From Promethearchaeota archaeon (GTDB lineage Archaea > Asgardarchaeota > Lokiarchaeia > Sigyniarchaeales > SOKP01), in contig JBHLMQ010000008.1 in assembly GCA_048938005.1 (NCBI GenBank), positions 17,509 through 81,508 on the forward strand: a stretch of DNA of 64,000 nucleotides, given 5' to 3'. Positions within the stretch are counted from its first letter, which is position 1. Each line of letters opens with the position of its first letter. The position numbers and the translations under genes were made by a program. Shown piece after piece: positions 19,791 to 30,267 of this stretch. Below the pieces are notes generated by a model. That model was not told the origin of the DNA. It saw only the letters and a list, made by a program, of their open reading frames with translations, and searched no databases.

Positions 19791-20594
19791 CTAAAAAGCA
19801 CTTTTTACAAATCCACCATCTACTTGAATTACAGTTCCAGTGATAAAAGTTGCCCTTTCAGATGCTAAAAATACCACTAAATTTGCTAATTCCTCAGGTT
19901 TTCCTAATCTTCCTAATGGTATGGGGTTTATCCATGTTTTCTCAACCTCATTATAAGATTTTCCTGTATCCTTTACTGTTTTATTTATCAATTCCCTCAT
20001 GCGATTTGTAAGTGTTGGACCAGGACATACAACATTCACTAAAATATTATACTTTGCATATTCATTTGCGAGTGTTTTGGCAAATCCTACAACTCCCATC
20101 CTTGTCGTATTTGATAAAACCAAATTATTTAACGGTTGTTTTACAGAAACAGATGTAATCGCAATAATCCTTCCACTGCCTTGTTTTATCATAATAGGAA
20201 TCACTAAATCTGTAATGCGAATAAAAGAACGGAGATTTAAATCAATTGAATTTGACCAATCTTGCTTACTTATTTTATCGATGGGAGCTGAAGGGGGCCC
20301 CCCAGCATTATGCACCAGAATATCGATCCTCCCAAATTCTTCTAAAGTTTTCTCCACAAGATTCCCTATTTGATCTTCGTACATTAAATCTGCAACAATC
20401 GAAAAAATCCTATTCTCTGTAGTAATGGATTCTATAGATTCTATTTGGTCCTTTGCTTGGTTTAGATTTTTTTTTGAGCGACTACAAATCACTACATTAG
20501 CTCCCTCTTCATAAAATCCCTTAGAACAGGCTAATCCTAATCCTTTACTCGATGCTAAAACTAATGCGACCTTATTTTTTAAACCCAAGTTCAT
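19791..20594 (-). CDS. SDR family oxidoreductase
   Basis: ASSKGLG, NAGGP, NVVCPG, GRLGKPEE, ITGTVIQVDGG; SNTTR replaces canonical YxxxK; ATG (MNLGL) preferred as start. Confidence 0.9.
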   Translation of the reverse strand: MNLGLKNKVALVLASSKGLGLACSKGFYEEGANVVICSRSKKNLNQAKDQIESIESITTENRIFSIVADLMYEDQIGNLVEKTLEEFGRIDILVHNAGGPPSAPIDKISKQDWSNSIDLNLRSFIRITDLVIPIMIKQGSGRIIAITSVSVKQPLNNLVLSNTTRMGVVGFAKTLANEYAKYNILVNVVCPGPTLTNRMRELINKTVKDTGKSYNEVEKTWINPIPLGRLGKPEELANLVVFLASERATFITGTVIQVDGGFVKSAF

Positions 20595-21048
20595 TTTAAA
20601 CAACTCTTATCCTTATTTAGAATTCGAAATGAAATCAATAAATTTAGTACATTTTCGATAAAATTCATTATATCTACTATGATTTTCAGCAATCAAGCAT
20701 TCAAAAGTATAGGGATAAATAATTTTTTTTTGTCTGTTTTTATCATTACTCTATGAAATCTTTTTTCTATTCCATCTCGCATATGTTTATATCTATCTAC
20801 CGTTTTCAATTCTGATTTCATTTCTAATTATACTTTCGTGATATTAATATATGAAAAATATCTTTTATTAAAATTATTAGGAATTTAATATAAACCTTTT
20901 AAAATCTTCTTCTAATGAATTTATTTTCCTAAATTTCCTATGAAAGATTTTAAAAAGATAATTTTATAAATTCAAATAATTATAATAGTTTTAAAGATTG
21001 AAGAATATATTATTAAATATATAATCAAAAAATTAGTTAAAAAGGTGT

Positions 21049-21510
21049 ATGAGTATTAGTATTGATACCAAAAGTTTCGATAACATTCTCAGTAAAATAA
21101 TAAAGAGTGAAAGCGGTATCAAAAAAGTAATTTTAGTTGATAGAACTGGTTTAACCATCGCAAGCGTTTCGAAGTTTTCCTATTTCCCAGCCGATGTTGA
21201 CGGGATTGGGGCAATTGCAAGTGCAGTTTTCTGTGCTTCTGAAGAACAAGGAAAAAATCTAGAACTTGGTAATCTTGAGATAGTTACATCGGAATTTGGT
21301 GGTGGTAAAATATTTGCGTCATCATGTGGACCTAAGGGTGTTTTAACGCTTATTTCCGATCCAGACATCAATATAGGATTAATTCGGCTTATTTTAAAGA
21401 GATCAGGCGATGAGCTTAAAGAAATTTTGGATGAATTTTTAGCAGAAGCTCCAGATGTAATGGATAGTGGTTTAGATTTATCAGATTTAGATTCACTTAC
21501 ACCTGATTAA
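21049..21510 (+). CDS. Roadblock/LC7 domain protein
   Basis: ILVDRTGLTIAS...IGAIAS...INIGLIRL; acidic tail. Confidence 0.88.
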   Translation: MSISIDTKSFDNILSKIIKSESGIKKVILVDRTGLTIASVSKFSYFPADVDGIGAIASAVFCASEEQGKNLELGNLEIVTSEFGGGKIFASSCGPKGVLTLISDPDINIGLIRLILKRSGDELKEILDEFLAEAPDVMDSGLDLSDLDSLTPD

Positions 21511-21599
21511 AAATCTTTATTTTTCCTCTAATTCTTCTTAATAAAGTATATTATTAAATATTCACAAAAGTTTTTCAAGGGTTAGTTATAGAAAAATTT

Positions 21600-22547
21600 A
21601 TGTCATTTGATTTTATTAAAAATTTAGATTTTAAATCGGAATTCTTTGAACTGTACCAGCTCTCAGAAAGTGCTTATGCGGCTATCTCTAAAGAAAATTC
21701 TGGTATGGGAGGAAACGTAGGATTTATTGATATTGGAGATTATTTGATAATAGTTGATACTACTGGAAATATTAATGCTGCTAAAGATTTAATAAAAGCT
21801 GCTGCTCAATATACTCAAAAAGAACCCAATTTTATTGTTATAACTCATTATCACATGGATCATCTTATGGGAACTTCTTTATTTGATATATCAACTCAAA
21901 TAATGACATCTGATCGAACCCTAAATAACATTCAGACTGATGGTAAGAAACGAATTGAAGAGCTTAAGAATATGGACCTAAAAGAGATGGAAGAATCTCT
22001 AAAGTCTGAAACAAATGAAGAGAAAAGAAAGGAAATTGAAAATGATCTTATATTTCTTAAAAGTATTCGCTCAGATGATTTTTTCCTTCGGGAACCTAAT
22101 CTTACTTTTAAAGAAGAATGCATTATTCATGGAAAAGAAAAGACTGTCTATTTACGAACTTTTAAGAAAGCTCATACAGATGGGGACGTCATAATATATA
22201 TTCCAGATGAAAAAATACTATTTGCAGGAGATCTTTTGTTTGCGGAAGTAGATCCCTGGTTAGGTTCTGGAGATCCTGAAGGGTGGTTATCGGTAAATGA
22301 TGAATTATTGGAACTTGATTTCAAAATTGCTGTTCCAGGACATGGAAATTTAGCATCTAAGGAGGAATTCTCTTTAGAAAATAAGTACATTAAAGAAATA
22401 ATTGAATTGGTAAAAAAACGGATTGATGCTGGAGAAGATCCAAATCAAATAAAAAGAGAGGATTTTTCTGAAGAATTAAAATCATGGAAAAGTCCAATAT
22501 TAGAGTGGAATCTTACCTTTCTTGCTGAATATTTAAAAAAATCTTAA
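21600..22547 (+). CDS. MBL-fold metallo-hydrolase
   Basis: THYHMDH, AHTDGD, FAGDL, VPGHG. Confidence 0.9.
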   Translation: MSFDFIKNLDFKSEFFELYQLSESAYAAISKENSGMGGNVGFIDIGDYLIIVDTTGNINAAKDLIKAAAQYTQKEPNFIVITHYHMDHLMGTSLFDISTQIMTSDRTLNNIQTDGKKRIEELKNMDLKEMEESLKSETNEEKRKEIENDLIFLKSIRSDDFFLREPNLTFKEECIIHGKEKTVYLRTFKKAHTDGDVIIYIPDEKILFAGDLLFAEVDPWLGSGDPEGWLSVNDELLELDFKIAVPGHGNLASKEEFSLENKYIKEIIELVKKRIDAGEDPNQIKREDFSEELKSWKSPILEWNLTFLAEYLKKS

Positions 22548-22557
22548 AATTTGTTTC

Positions 22558-23646
22558 TTATTTTTTTTTCTTAATTTTTGCATTAGATTTAAGAAGATTA
22601 TGTTCTTTTACAATATTCTGATAATGATCACATTCTCGGCGTAAAACTTTTAACTCTTTTTTTAAATCTATTACTTCTTGATTAAGATTTTGTTTTTCAT
22701 TAGTAGTACCTAACATTTTATCATTTAATTTCTTAACTTCGAGCTTTAAATTTGTAATTGTTTCAAGATGAGATTCATTATCCCTATTAGATTTTAAAAC
22801 TTGAAATTTCAATTTTTTATTAATCTCATTCATTTTTTCAATTTCTTGTTTAAATTGATCATTTTCAATCTTAATATTTTTAATTTCTGCTATTAATTTT
22901 TCGGCACCCTTTTCGATTTCATCTGTATCAGTTAATTTTGCTTTTAAATTATTAATTCTCTCATCCTTTTGATCTAATGCTAATTTTTGTACATTAGTTA
23001 ATCTAGTTAATTCTCTATTTTTTGATGTTAAAGTTGCGTTATATTCATTTAATTCAGCCATTTGCATACTCCACTTTTCTAATTTTGAATATAACTCGGT
23101 AACCTCCTTTTTTAAAGCTTCTACATTTCGAAGGTGTTCTGATCTATCGGAAACTAACAAAGAAACCTTTTGAGCAAGATCATCAATTTTTTCCTTTTTT
23201 TCCCCAATCTCTTGTTCAAGTTCCTGCCTTTCCTGCCAATACGCATCAAGTTCACCTTTTTCTAATAATTCATAAGATTTAGTAAAAAGTTCTCCAAAAT
23301 TTTTTTCCTTTCTTTTTGGTAATAATTCAAAAGCGATTCTTCTTACTTGACCCTCAAAATTTCTTGGAAGGATATCCTCATCAGAAAGAAAAACTGTGAT
23401 TACATGATCCCCTTTACCAATAAAGTGTCTCGAGGAATGACCAGTAAAAAAACTAGCAACACTAAGATCACGTTTAATTTGCATTTCGAGATAATTAGGT
23501 CCCGTTCTTACACTTTTATGTTCATCAAAAACTGTTGAAAGCATTGAGTCTGTAACCCCTAATTCATTAACAATGTTTTCTGGATATTCGGCATCTATAG
23601 ATAACTCTGATTTTTTATCAAGATTAAGAATAACAATTCCTTTCAA
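22558..23646 (-). CDS. uDENN/longin-like domain + long coiled-coil protein
   Basis: N-terminus (GIVILNLDKKSELSIDAEYPE...ASFFTG) resembles the 375-aa protein; heptad-rich C-terminal ~230 aa. Confidence 0.55.
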   Translation of the reverse strand: MKGIVILNLDKKSELSIDAEYPENIVNELGVTDSMLSTVFDEHKSVRTGPNYLEMQIKRDLSVASFFTGHSSRHFIGKGDHVITVFLSDEDILPRNFEGQVRRIAFELLPKRKEKNFGELFTKSYELLEKGELDAYWQERQELEQEIGEKKEKIDDLAQKVSLLVSDRSEHLRNVEALKKEVTELYSKLEKWSMQMAELNEYNATLTSKNRELTRLTNVQKLALDQKDERINNLKAKLTDTDEIEKGAEKLIAEIKNIKIENDQFKQEIEKMNEINKKLKFQVLKSNRDNESHLETITNLKLEVKKLNDKMLGTTNEKQNLNQEVIDLKKELKVLRRECDHYQNIVKEHNLLKSNAKIKKKK

Positions 23647-23760
23647 GGTATTTCCCTAAGAAGTAATTAATTTTCTAGTTTATAACGTAGAAATATAATA
23701 TTTGCTCTAATATTAATTAGTATTAACAAATATAATAGTTATGCTGTGAAGATGTTTAAT

Positions 23761-25308
23761 TTAAGCATAAATATGGGAAAAAGTATCTACTGTTTTTATA
23801 ACATCCATAGCTAAATAACTTTGCTTGAACGCTGAAGCAAAAAAAGCACGATCTTCAGGGGTGAAATAATTATAGCCAAATTTTTTCCATTCCATACTAG
23901 AATGCAATGGAGCAAAAAGAGCTATTTGGTCTTTCACCAGATTCATCAATAATAAATTTCTTTCTTGCTTATTATTATTTGATATTGTAGTTAATAATAC
24001 ATCTTCACTAAAAGTATCCCAAGAATCTTTAAATTGTATACAAAACCTTTTAATATCAAATTTATTCTCGACGATTAATCTTGCTAAAGCCATTATAGAT
24101 ACGTCATAAGTACTCATTTTATTTTGATGAAATATTGGATTAGAAACGATTAAGCTTGGCACAGATTTTGATTCTTTCTGATTTTGAGGTGCATTATATT
24201 CTGGCAGTAGTCTTAGTTGATTTAATCCAAGGATATTTCTGACATCTGTAATTGTTCCTCCAGTGTCAAAGAACTGTTTGTTAATAATGTATTTTATTAA
24301 TTTTTGGGCGTGAGTATCTCCAAAATATGGATAATCTGACGCATAAAGGAGATATTCCGACCATATACGATTATCAACTCTTTGTTTATTATTTGAAATA
24401 AACCATTTTCTAAAACTTTCAAAGAAATTTCCTGCACCCACACCATGTAACATGGAAAGATCCCCATATGTATTTGGCTGGACAATAGTATTATATACCT
24501 CATAATCATCAATATTTCCTTGAGCAAAATGAGCTATAATAACTTTAAAGTGGGGTAATAAATCTGAAAAATTGGATTGAATTACATTTCTAGCGGATCT
24601 TATTAATTTCCCAATTTCGAGAATTGAACCCCTACCTCTTGTATCAAAAATTACGGGCATAGAATAACTTGCAGCTTCTACAAGAACATTTATCACTTTT
24701 TCAGAAGTTATTTTATCTATATATCCTTCTGATCGAGGATGTAATTTCAAACCCCGAAGTCCTAATTCTTCCCTTATATATTTCACTTCATTTACAGCTT
24801 TTACACCTTCCATTGGATCACAGCGACCATATCCAATTAACTTCATAGAAAACGGAAATCTCGTTGTAAAACGTGAAACGTTTATATTACTTGCTCTATA
24901 TAATGCCTCAGGGTATTTACTCCGAAAAACATCCTGGAATGGAAAACAGACACCTTGATCTATAAATGAATAAAATTTAGACTTCTCTTTTAAATCAGAA
25001 TGTCTCTTTCCTAGCTTCTCAAGCTCGATATAAAGCCTATCTGTAAAAGGAAAGGGAGTAAATGACCATGATATTTTTGTAAACTTACCATCCATTGTAG
25101 TTGTAAAAGACTGTTCCCCTGTTTTCTCCCAATCAGCCTTGATTCTTCCTTGAACATTTCCCCAAAAATCGAATGTTCCTGCTCCAGGAGCTAAAGGATT
25201 CATCATTGTTGCTCCATCTACATCTTGACCTAAATGAGAATGAGCATCAATTACAAGTAAATTTTCTACTCTCTTTTTTCCGTCTTGTTCTATGGTACAG
25301 GTTAGCAT
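23761..25308 (-). CDS. Amidohydrolase family protein (Amidohydro_2-like) with C-terminal extension
   Basis: IDAHSH, RGLKLHP, IIAHF, YASDYPY. Confidence 0.8.
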   Translation of the reverse strand: MLTCTIEQDGKKRVENLLVIDAHSHLGQDVDGATMMNPLAPGAGTFDFWGNVQGRIKADWEKTGEQSFTTTMDGKFTKISWSFTPFPFTDRLYIELEKLGKRHSDLKEKSKFYSFIDQGVCFPFQDVFRSKYPEALYRASNINVSRFTTRFPFSMKLIGYGRCDPMEGVKAVNEVKYIREELGLRGLKLHPRSEGYIDKITSEKVINVLVEAASYSMPVIFDTRGRGSILEIGKLIRSARNVIQSNFSDLLPHFKVIIAHFAQGNIDDYEVYNTIVQPNTYGDLSMLHGVGAGNFFESFRKWFISNNKQRVDNRIWSEYLLYASDYPYFGDTHAQKLIKYIINKQFFDTGGTITDVRNILGLNQLRLLPEYNAPQNQKESKSVPSLIVSNPIFHQNKMSTYDVSIMALARLIVENKFDIKRFCIQFKDSWDTFSEDVLLTTISNNNKQERNLLLMNLVKDQIALFAPLHSSMEWKKFGYNYFTPEDRAFFASAFKQSYLAMDVIKTVDTFSHIYA

Positions 25309-25499
25309 GAAAAGATCAATTATTGTTTTTATTTAGAAATTAGTAATAATTACCTAATTAAAACTTACTTATTATTATGTAAATTAAATTAAAATTAATT
25401 AATGAAGAAAAGGTAAAAAAAATTCTATTATTCTTTGAATTTTCTTAATTTCTAAATCAAAGTGATATTTTTAAAATAAAAACCATTTCTTTTTATAGA

Positions 25500-26795
25500 A
25501 TGAACTTACCCGCAATACTGTTGATCTTAGTTTTATTTGCCATTTTAATGGCGTTTTTTTCTCAAAGTAAGATCGATTATTTCCCTATTGCATTGATCAT
25601 AGGAGCCATCGCAGTAGTCTCAATGCTCACTCTTTTTAATGTTGGAGAGGAACAAATTCTTGGATTTATCAATTTCAACACATTAGTCTTCATATTTGCC
25701 ATGCAAATAATTATATTTTTTGCAGTCAATGACAAAGTTTTAGAATATACGGCAATAAAATTGATTCATATCACGAAAGGGAATAACAGGTTATTTTTCT
25801 ATATGATTTGTCTGTTTACAGGTATAATCGTAGCCTTTATAGAGGATTTAACCCTTTCTTTGATATTGATTCCATTGATCTACAGGACATGCCGAGTTTT
25901 AGAGATACCTGCGGGCACTTATATGATGGGGATGACCATTACAATAAATGTTGGTGCAATACTCACGCCCGTCTCTAGCTTAAAAAACCTAATAATTGGT
26001 CAAACTTTTGGGTGGGGTTTTGGTGAGTATCTTGCCAATATGGGCATTTTGTTTGTAATCACGTTAATATCCACCATTTTCTTGATTGATAGGTTCATAT
26101 TGAAAAAAGAAGAAAAACCAACTGAACAAAACAAAAAGATTTTATTATCAATGCTAGAACCTGAAATTGTTATTGAGAATAAAAAATACTTCTTGATGAC
26201 AGTTATTATTGTTTTAACTACTTTTGTGTTCATGTTCTTCGGATTTGAACCTGCACTTGTCGCGATCATATCTGCGGCTATTCTTCTTCTTATTCACTCT
26301 AAAGAAATTAAATTCTCAGATCTTAAGAATGATATCTCGTGGAGAATCATCATTGTATTTGCAATCTTATTCATACTTTCGAATTCATTAGCACACTTCG
26401 GTTTTTCAGACTTGATCTCCTCAGGGTTGGTAAACCTTGTAAATAATAACATTTATCTCGCAGTGTTGATAACATTAGGCATCTCTTCCCTCTTATCAGC
26501 ATTTCTTGCAGGTACACCCGTCACCATCATCCTTCTCCCCATTTTTTCGGCACTCATAGGACAAGGTTTCTTTCCGAACCCGATTATCATTGCCTTCATA
26601 AGCGGTGTTAATATGGCAGGTAATTTTTTACCGCAAGGTTCTGCCTGTGATCTTCTCACATTATCAATGGCAAAAAAATACAAAGTGCGGAATTTAGATT
26701 ACAAGCGTTTGCTAAAAAATGGAGCCCTTTTCGCAACAATTCATTTCTTAACTATTTTAGGATATACAATGCTTTACACTTTAATTTTTAGTTAA
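25500..26795 (+). CDS. ArsB/NhaD/SLC13-family ion transporter
   Basis: Multi-TM; NVGAILTPVSSLKNLII and NMAGNFLPQGSA repeats. Confidence 0.8.
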   Translation: MNLPAILLILVLFAILMAFFSQSKIDYFPIALIIGAIAVVSMLTLFNVGEEQILGFINFNTLVFIFAMQIIIFFAVNDKVLEYTAIKLIHITKGNNRLFFYMICLFTGIIVAFIEDLTLSLILIPLIYRTCRVLEIPAGTYMMGMTITINVGAILTPVSSLKNLIIGQTFGWGFGEYLANMGILFVITLISTIFLIDRFILKKEEKPTEQNKKILLSMLEPEIVIENKKYFLMTVIIVLTTFVFMFFGFEPALVAIISAAILLLIHSKEIKFSDLKNDISWRIIIVFAILFILSNSLAHFGFSDLISSGLVNLVNNNIYLAVLITLGISSLLSAFLAGTPVTIILLPIFSALIGQGFFPNPIIIAFISGVNMAGNFLPQGSACDLLTLSMAKKYKVRNLDYKRLLKNGALFATIHFLTILGYTMLYTLIFS

Positions 26796-27009
26796 GAGAT
26801 GAGAGGATAAACATTCTCTTCTATATAACTACAATGAAGATAAGGAATTAGATGGTTATATTTATCTCATGATAACTTATAAGAATATTTAAAGTCTGAA
26901 TATTTAATGCAAATTTAAGGTAAAATTTATAAATTAAAGGCGGTTATGAGATTAATAAGAAATCTAAAATATTCACAAGTTTAAGTTTTAAATAAAAGGA
27001 GGAATTGTA

Positions 27010-27639
27010 ATGTCTGAGGATTTAATAGATTTAATAGTAAATTTATGTGAGAAGGAAGCTATAGACCTAGTTCAGAAAAAAATTGATGCTGGAGAGGACC
27101 CTCTGAAAATTTTAGAACAAATTAGAATTGCTATGGCTAAAGTGGGAGAGAAATTTGAGAATGATGAATTCTTCTTGCCGGATTTGATCATGGCTGGAGA
27201 GATTCTAAGGCAAATAACAGAAGTTATAGAACCAAAGCTCAAAACTGGTGCCAAAATCCGGAGTTTAGGAAAAGTAGTTCTTGGGACAGTATTTGGTGAT
27301 ATACACGATATAGGCAAGGATATTGTAAAATTTATGTTAGAGTCAAATGGGTTTGAGGTCTATGATCTTGGAGCAAATGTCTCAAAAGAAAAATTTGTAG
27401 AAAAAATAAAGGAAGTGAATGCAAAAATAGTAGGCCTGAGTGGATTTTTAACCCTAGCATATGAATCTATGAAAGAAACTATAGAGGAAATTAAAAATGC
27501 AGGTTTAAGAGAAAAAACGAAGATAATGATTGGTGGAGGGCAGATAAACGAGGATGTAAGAAAATATGTGGGTGCGGACTCCTATGGAAAAGATGCAATC
27601 GAAGCAGTAGTCCTAGCTAAAGAGTGGATGGGTGAATAA
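27010..27639 (+). CDS. Methyltransferase cognate corrinoid (B12-binding) protein
   Basis: GDIHDIGK, GLSGFL, IGGG; N-terminal cap domain with FFLPDL; AGGAGG SD. Confidence 0.92.
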   Translation: MSEDLIDLIVNLCEKEAIDLVQKKIDAGEDPLKILEQIRIAMAKVGEKFENDEFFLPDLIMAGEILRQITEVIEPKLKTGAKIRSLGKVVLGTVFGDIHDIGKDIVKFMLESNGFEVYDLGANVSKEKFVEKIKEVNAKIVGLSGFLTLAYESMKETIEEIKNAGLREKTKIMIGGGQINEDVRKYVGADSYGKDAIEAVVLAKEWMGE

Positions 27640-27678
27640 TAATATCCTCAGTAGAGAAATTGTAGGAGGTAATAAAAA

Positions 27679-29016
27679 ATGGAAAATAAATGGGAAAATT
27701 TATCATTAGATGAAAAACAGGAAGAAATGTTTGAAAGGTGGTTTTCACCCCAGGGCATTGAATTTGTCAGCCCCAATGCGGAGAACTCGTATAAAGAAAG
27801 AGTAATGAGGATAAAAGACATTGTTCAATTGAAAAAAAAGCCTGATAGAATTCCTGTTGTACTAATGATTGGCTTTTTTCCTGCATTTTACAGTGGCATA
27901 TCTCCAAAAGAATCTATGTATGATTATGATAAACTTTTTGAAGCATGGAAAAAAGTGATTTTAGATTTAGAACCAGATGCTCATATAGGGTGTTTTGTAC
28001 CTGGTCCAGGAAAACTCTTCGACATTCTTGATTATAGATTATATGCTTGGCCTGGCCATGGGGTTTCTCCTAATCTTTCATATCAGTGCCTTGAGGGTGA
28101 ATATATGAAGGCAGATGAATATGATGCCTTTATCCAAGATCCCTCTGGTTTCTTCAGAACTGTCTATTTACCTCGTATATTTGGAACGTTAGAGCCCCTT
28201 AAACAGTTAGCACCTCTCACTAACATAATCGAATTACCATTTACCGGAGGAAATCTTTTACAATATGGCCTCCCAGATGTTCAGGAAGCTTTAAAGGCCC
28301 TTATGGAAGCAGGAAGTGAGGCTTTAAAATGGGTAGGAACTCTCGGAGCGTTTGACAAGGAGATGGCAGAAAATGGCTTTCCAAATTTCTTTGGTGGAGC
28401 GTCAAAAGCACCTTATGATGTAATAGGCGATACTCTCAGAGGAACTAAAGGGATTATGCTTGATATATACCGGCAACCTGATAAGTTGCTTAAAGCTCTT
28501 GAAATAACAATACCATTGATGATTAACATGGGTGTATCTATGGCTAAGATGAATGGAAATCCTATAGTATTCATACCTTTACATAAAGGAGCTGATGGTT
28601 TTCTTTCTGATGAGCAATTTAAGACATTTTATTGGCCTTCCTTTAGAAAAGTTCTTATGGGTTTAATAAAAGAAGGATGTGTACCTTTTTCTTATGTTGA
28701 GGGTGGTTTTAACTCACGTCTTGAGATTATTAAAGATTTACCTAGGGGTAAGGCTATATGGGCTTTTGATTTAACAGATATGGAAAAAGCAAAAGAAATT
28801 CTAGGCGACTCTGCATGTGTGGGAGGTAATATGCCGATTTCTTTATTAAATTTAGGTACACCCCAAGATGTAAAAGATTATGCTAAAAAATTAATAGATA
28901 CTGTAGGTAAAGATGGTGGTTATTTGATGATGAATGGAGCAGTAATTGATGAAGCAAAGCCAGAAAATGTTAAAGCCATGATTGATTTCACTAAAGAATA
29001 CGGTGTATATAAATAG
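27679..29016 (+). CDS. Uroporphyrinogen decarboxylase family / MtaA-like methyltransferase
   Basis: PDRIPV, LRGTKGIMLDIYRQPD, FKTFYWP, GGN, AKPENVKAM; adjacent to the corrinoid gene. Confidence 0.85.
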   Translation: MENKWENLSLDEKQEEMFERWFSPQGIEFVSPNAENSYKERVMRIKDIVQLKKKPDRIPVVLMIGFFPAFYSGISPKESMYDYDKLFEAWKKVILDLEPDAHIGCFVPGPGKLFDILDYRLYAWPGHGVSPNLSYQCLEGEYMKADEYDAFIQDPSGFFRTVYLPRIFGTLEPLKQLAPLTNIIELPFTGGNLLQYGLPDVQEALKALMEAGSEALKWVGTLGAFDKEMAENGFPNFFGGASKAPYDVIGDTLRGTKGIMLDIYRQPDKLLKALEITIPLMINMGVSMAKMNGNPIVFIPLHKGADGFLSDEQFKTFYWPSFRKVLMGLIKEGCVPFSYVEGGFNSRLEIIKDLPRGKAIWAFDLTDMEKAKEILGDSACVGGNMPISLLNLGTPQDVKDYAKKLIDTVGKDGGYLMMNGAVIDEAKPENVKAMIDFTKEYGVYK

Positions 29017-29101
29017 AAATAATTCAATATTTCCTTTTTTTTTAATATTGAATTTAAGATAATTAGAGAAAAGTGTATATAAGATCATAATTTTATTAAA
29101 A

Positions 29102-29295
29102 TTATTCCCTCATTTCTTTTGGAAGGGTTAAGGTTCCAATAAGAGGATTATTTAATGGATCTTGGCAATATTGCATATAAAATAAATTAAGTCAAATAAA
29201 ATGCTTGGATCCTCTCCACTTTTTAATTTATAATCATACAGGGAAAGTTGATATTCTGCCTCTGTTATTTATGGTTATCGCGTAAGAGAAACTCC
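29102..29295 (-). pseudogene. Decayed duplicate of the 3' ~190 bp of the carboxylate-amine ligase gene
   Basis: Aligns with 30268-30461 in the same orientation (shared taagaggattatttaatggatcttggcaatattg and taatttataatcatacagggaaagttgata); encodes ...LIGTLTLPKEMRE* with small indels. Confidence 0.88.
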
Positions 29296-29340
29296 TAATT
29301 TTTCTAAGGAATAATAATTTTTCCAACATTTATATTATAG

Positions 29341-30165
29341 TTAACCTGCAGTACTTGAAGGGATTATAAGGATTTCGTCTCCATCAACCAAATTGTAGTC
29401 CTTTAAGGATAAACTTTCGTCAAATGTAATACCTCCCGAAACTAAATGAAAATTTAATGGGTTCAATCCATACATATTTCCTATTGTTTCTTTGATTTTA
29501 CTGATTACATTATTAGTATCAATTATTAATTTTTGTCTTTTCTCACCAGGTCCTATAGTTGATAAGAAATAGATCGTAATCTTTTTAGCTTCAATAACAG
29601 GTTCTTTAGCAGGAGTCTTGGATTGTATTGATCCGGGTGTTTTAGTTCTGATAGTAAATAAGGTTTTTTTATAAGTATCCTTTTCTTCTTCTTGAATTTC
29701 TTGTCTTATCGTTTCCTCCTCTACTTCAATTATATCTTCCAAACTAGAAAGGGTTGTCTCATTACCCGTCAGAATTCTACTTTTATTTAATTCTTTTATT
29801 TCAATTTTATTTAAAAGTTCATTTAACTGAAAATTTTCTTCTTGTAAGCTTACTATTTCGTCCATTAATGTTTCTGTAATTTTTCTCGTTAACTCTTCTG
29901 AAAAAATTCCTATACTATCTTGTATTTCTATGACATCGACTCCTCGTATTTGTAATTGTTTATCTAAGTAGAGAATTGTGAGTAAATCGTTTAAATTCCC
30001 CTCAGAAGAATGGAGATATGCATAGGAAAAAGGAAAACTCGATTTATTTTTGAATAAATCTCTCTGTAATTTTACAGTATGAGTTTTTTTGCATTTTGGG
30101 CAATTATATAATCTATTCAAAAATTCTGGTTCATTAGAGTTATCTTTATTAAAATTTTCCGCCAT
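29341..30165 (-). CDS. CxxC-domain protein with C-terminal ubiquitin-like domain ending in Gly
   Basis: N-terminal CPKCKKTH; C-terminal ~80-aa beta-grasp pattern ITIYFLST...ISKIKETIGNMYGLNPLNFHLVSGGITFDESLSLKDYNLVDGDEILIIPSSTAG*. Confidence 0.78.
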   Translation of the reverse strand: MAENFNKDNSNEPEFLNRLYNCPKCKKTHTVKLQRDLFKNKSSFPFSYAYLHSSEGNLNDLLTILYLDKQLQIRGVDVIEIQDSIGIFSEELTRKITETLMDEIVSLQEENFQLNELLNKIEIKELNKSRILTGNETTLSSLEDIIEVEEETIRQEIQEEEKDTYKKTLFTIRTKTPGSIQSKTPAKEPVIEAKKITIYFLSTIGPGEKRQKLIIDTNNVISKIKETIGNMYGLNPLNFHLVSGGITFDESLSLKDYNLVDGDEILIIPSSTAG

Positions 30166-30267
30166 ATTTACTAAATATTGTTTTTTTATATAATTCTAAT
30201 GATTTATACCAACCTGCTCTTAAGAACATTTTAATAGAAAGTTCTCTCATATTTTTTATCAAGATTC

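Noticed and set aside
29014-29022. TAG stop of the UroD-like methyltransferase as possible pyrrolysine readthrough
   Set aside because: TAG is followed by AAA TAA, the protein is complete at that point, and no pyl genes are in the window.
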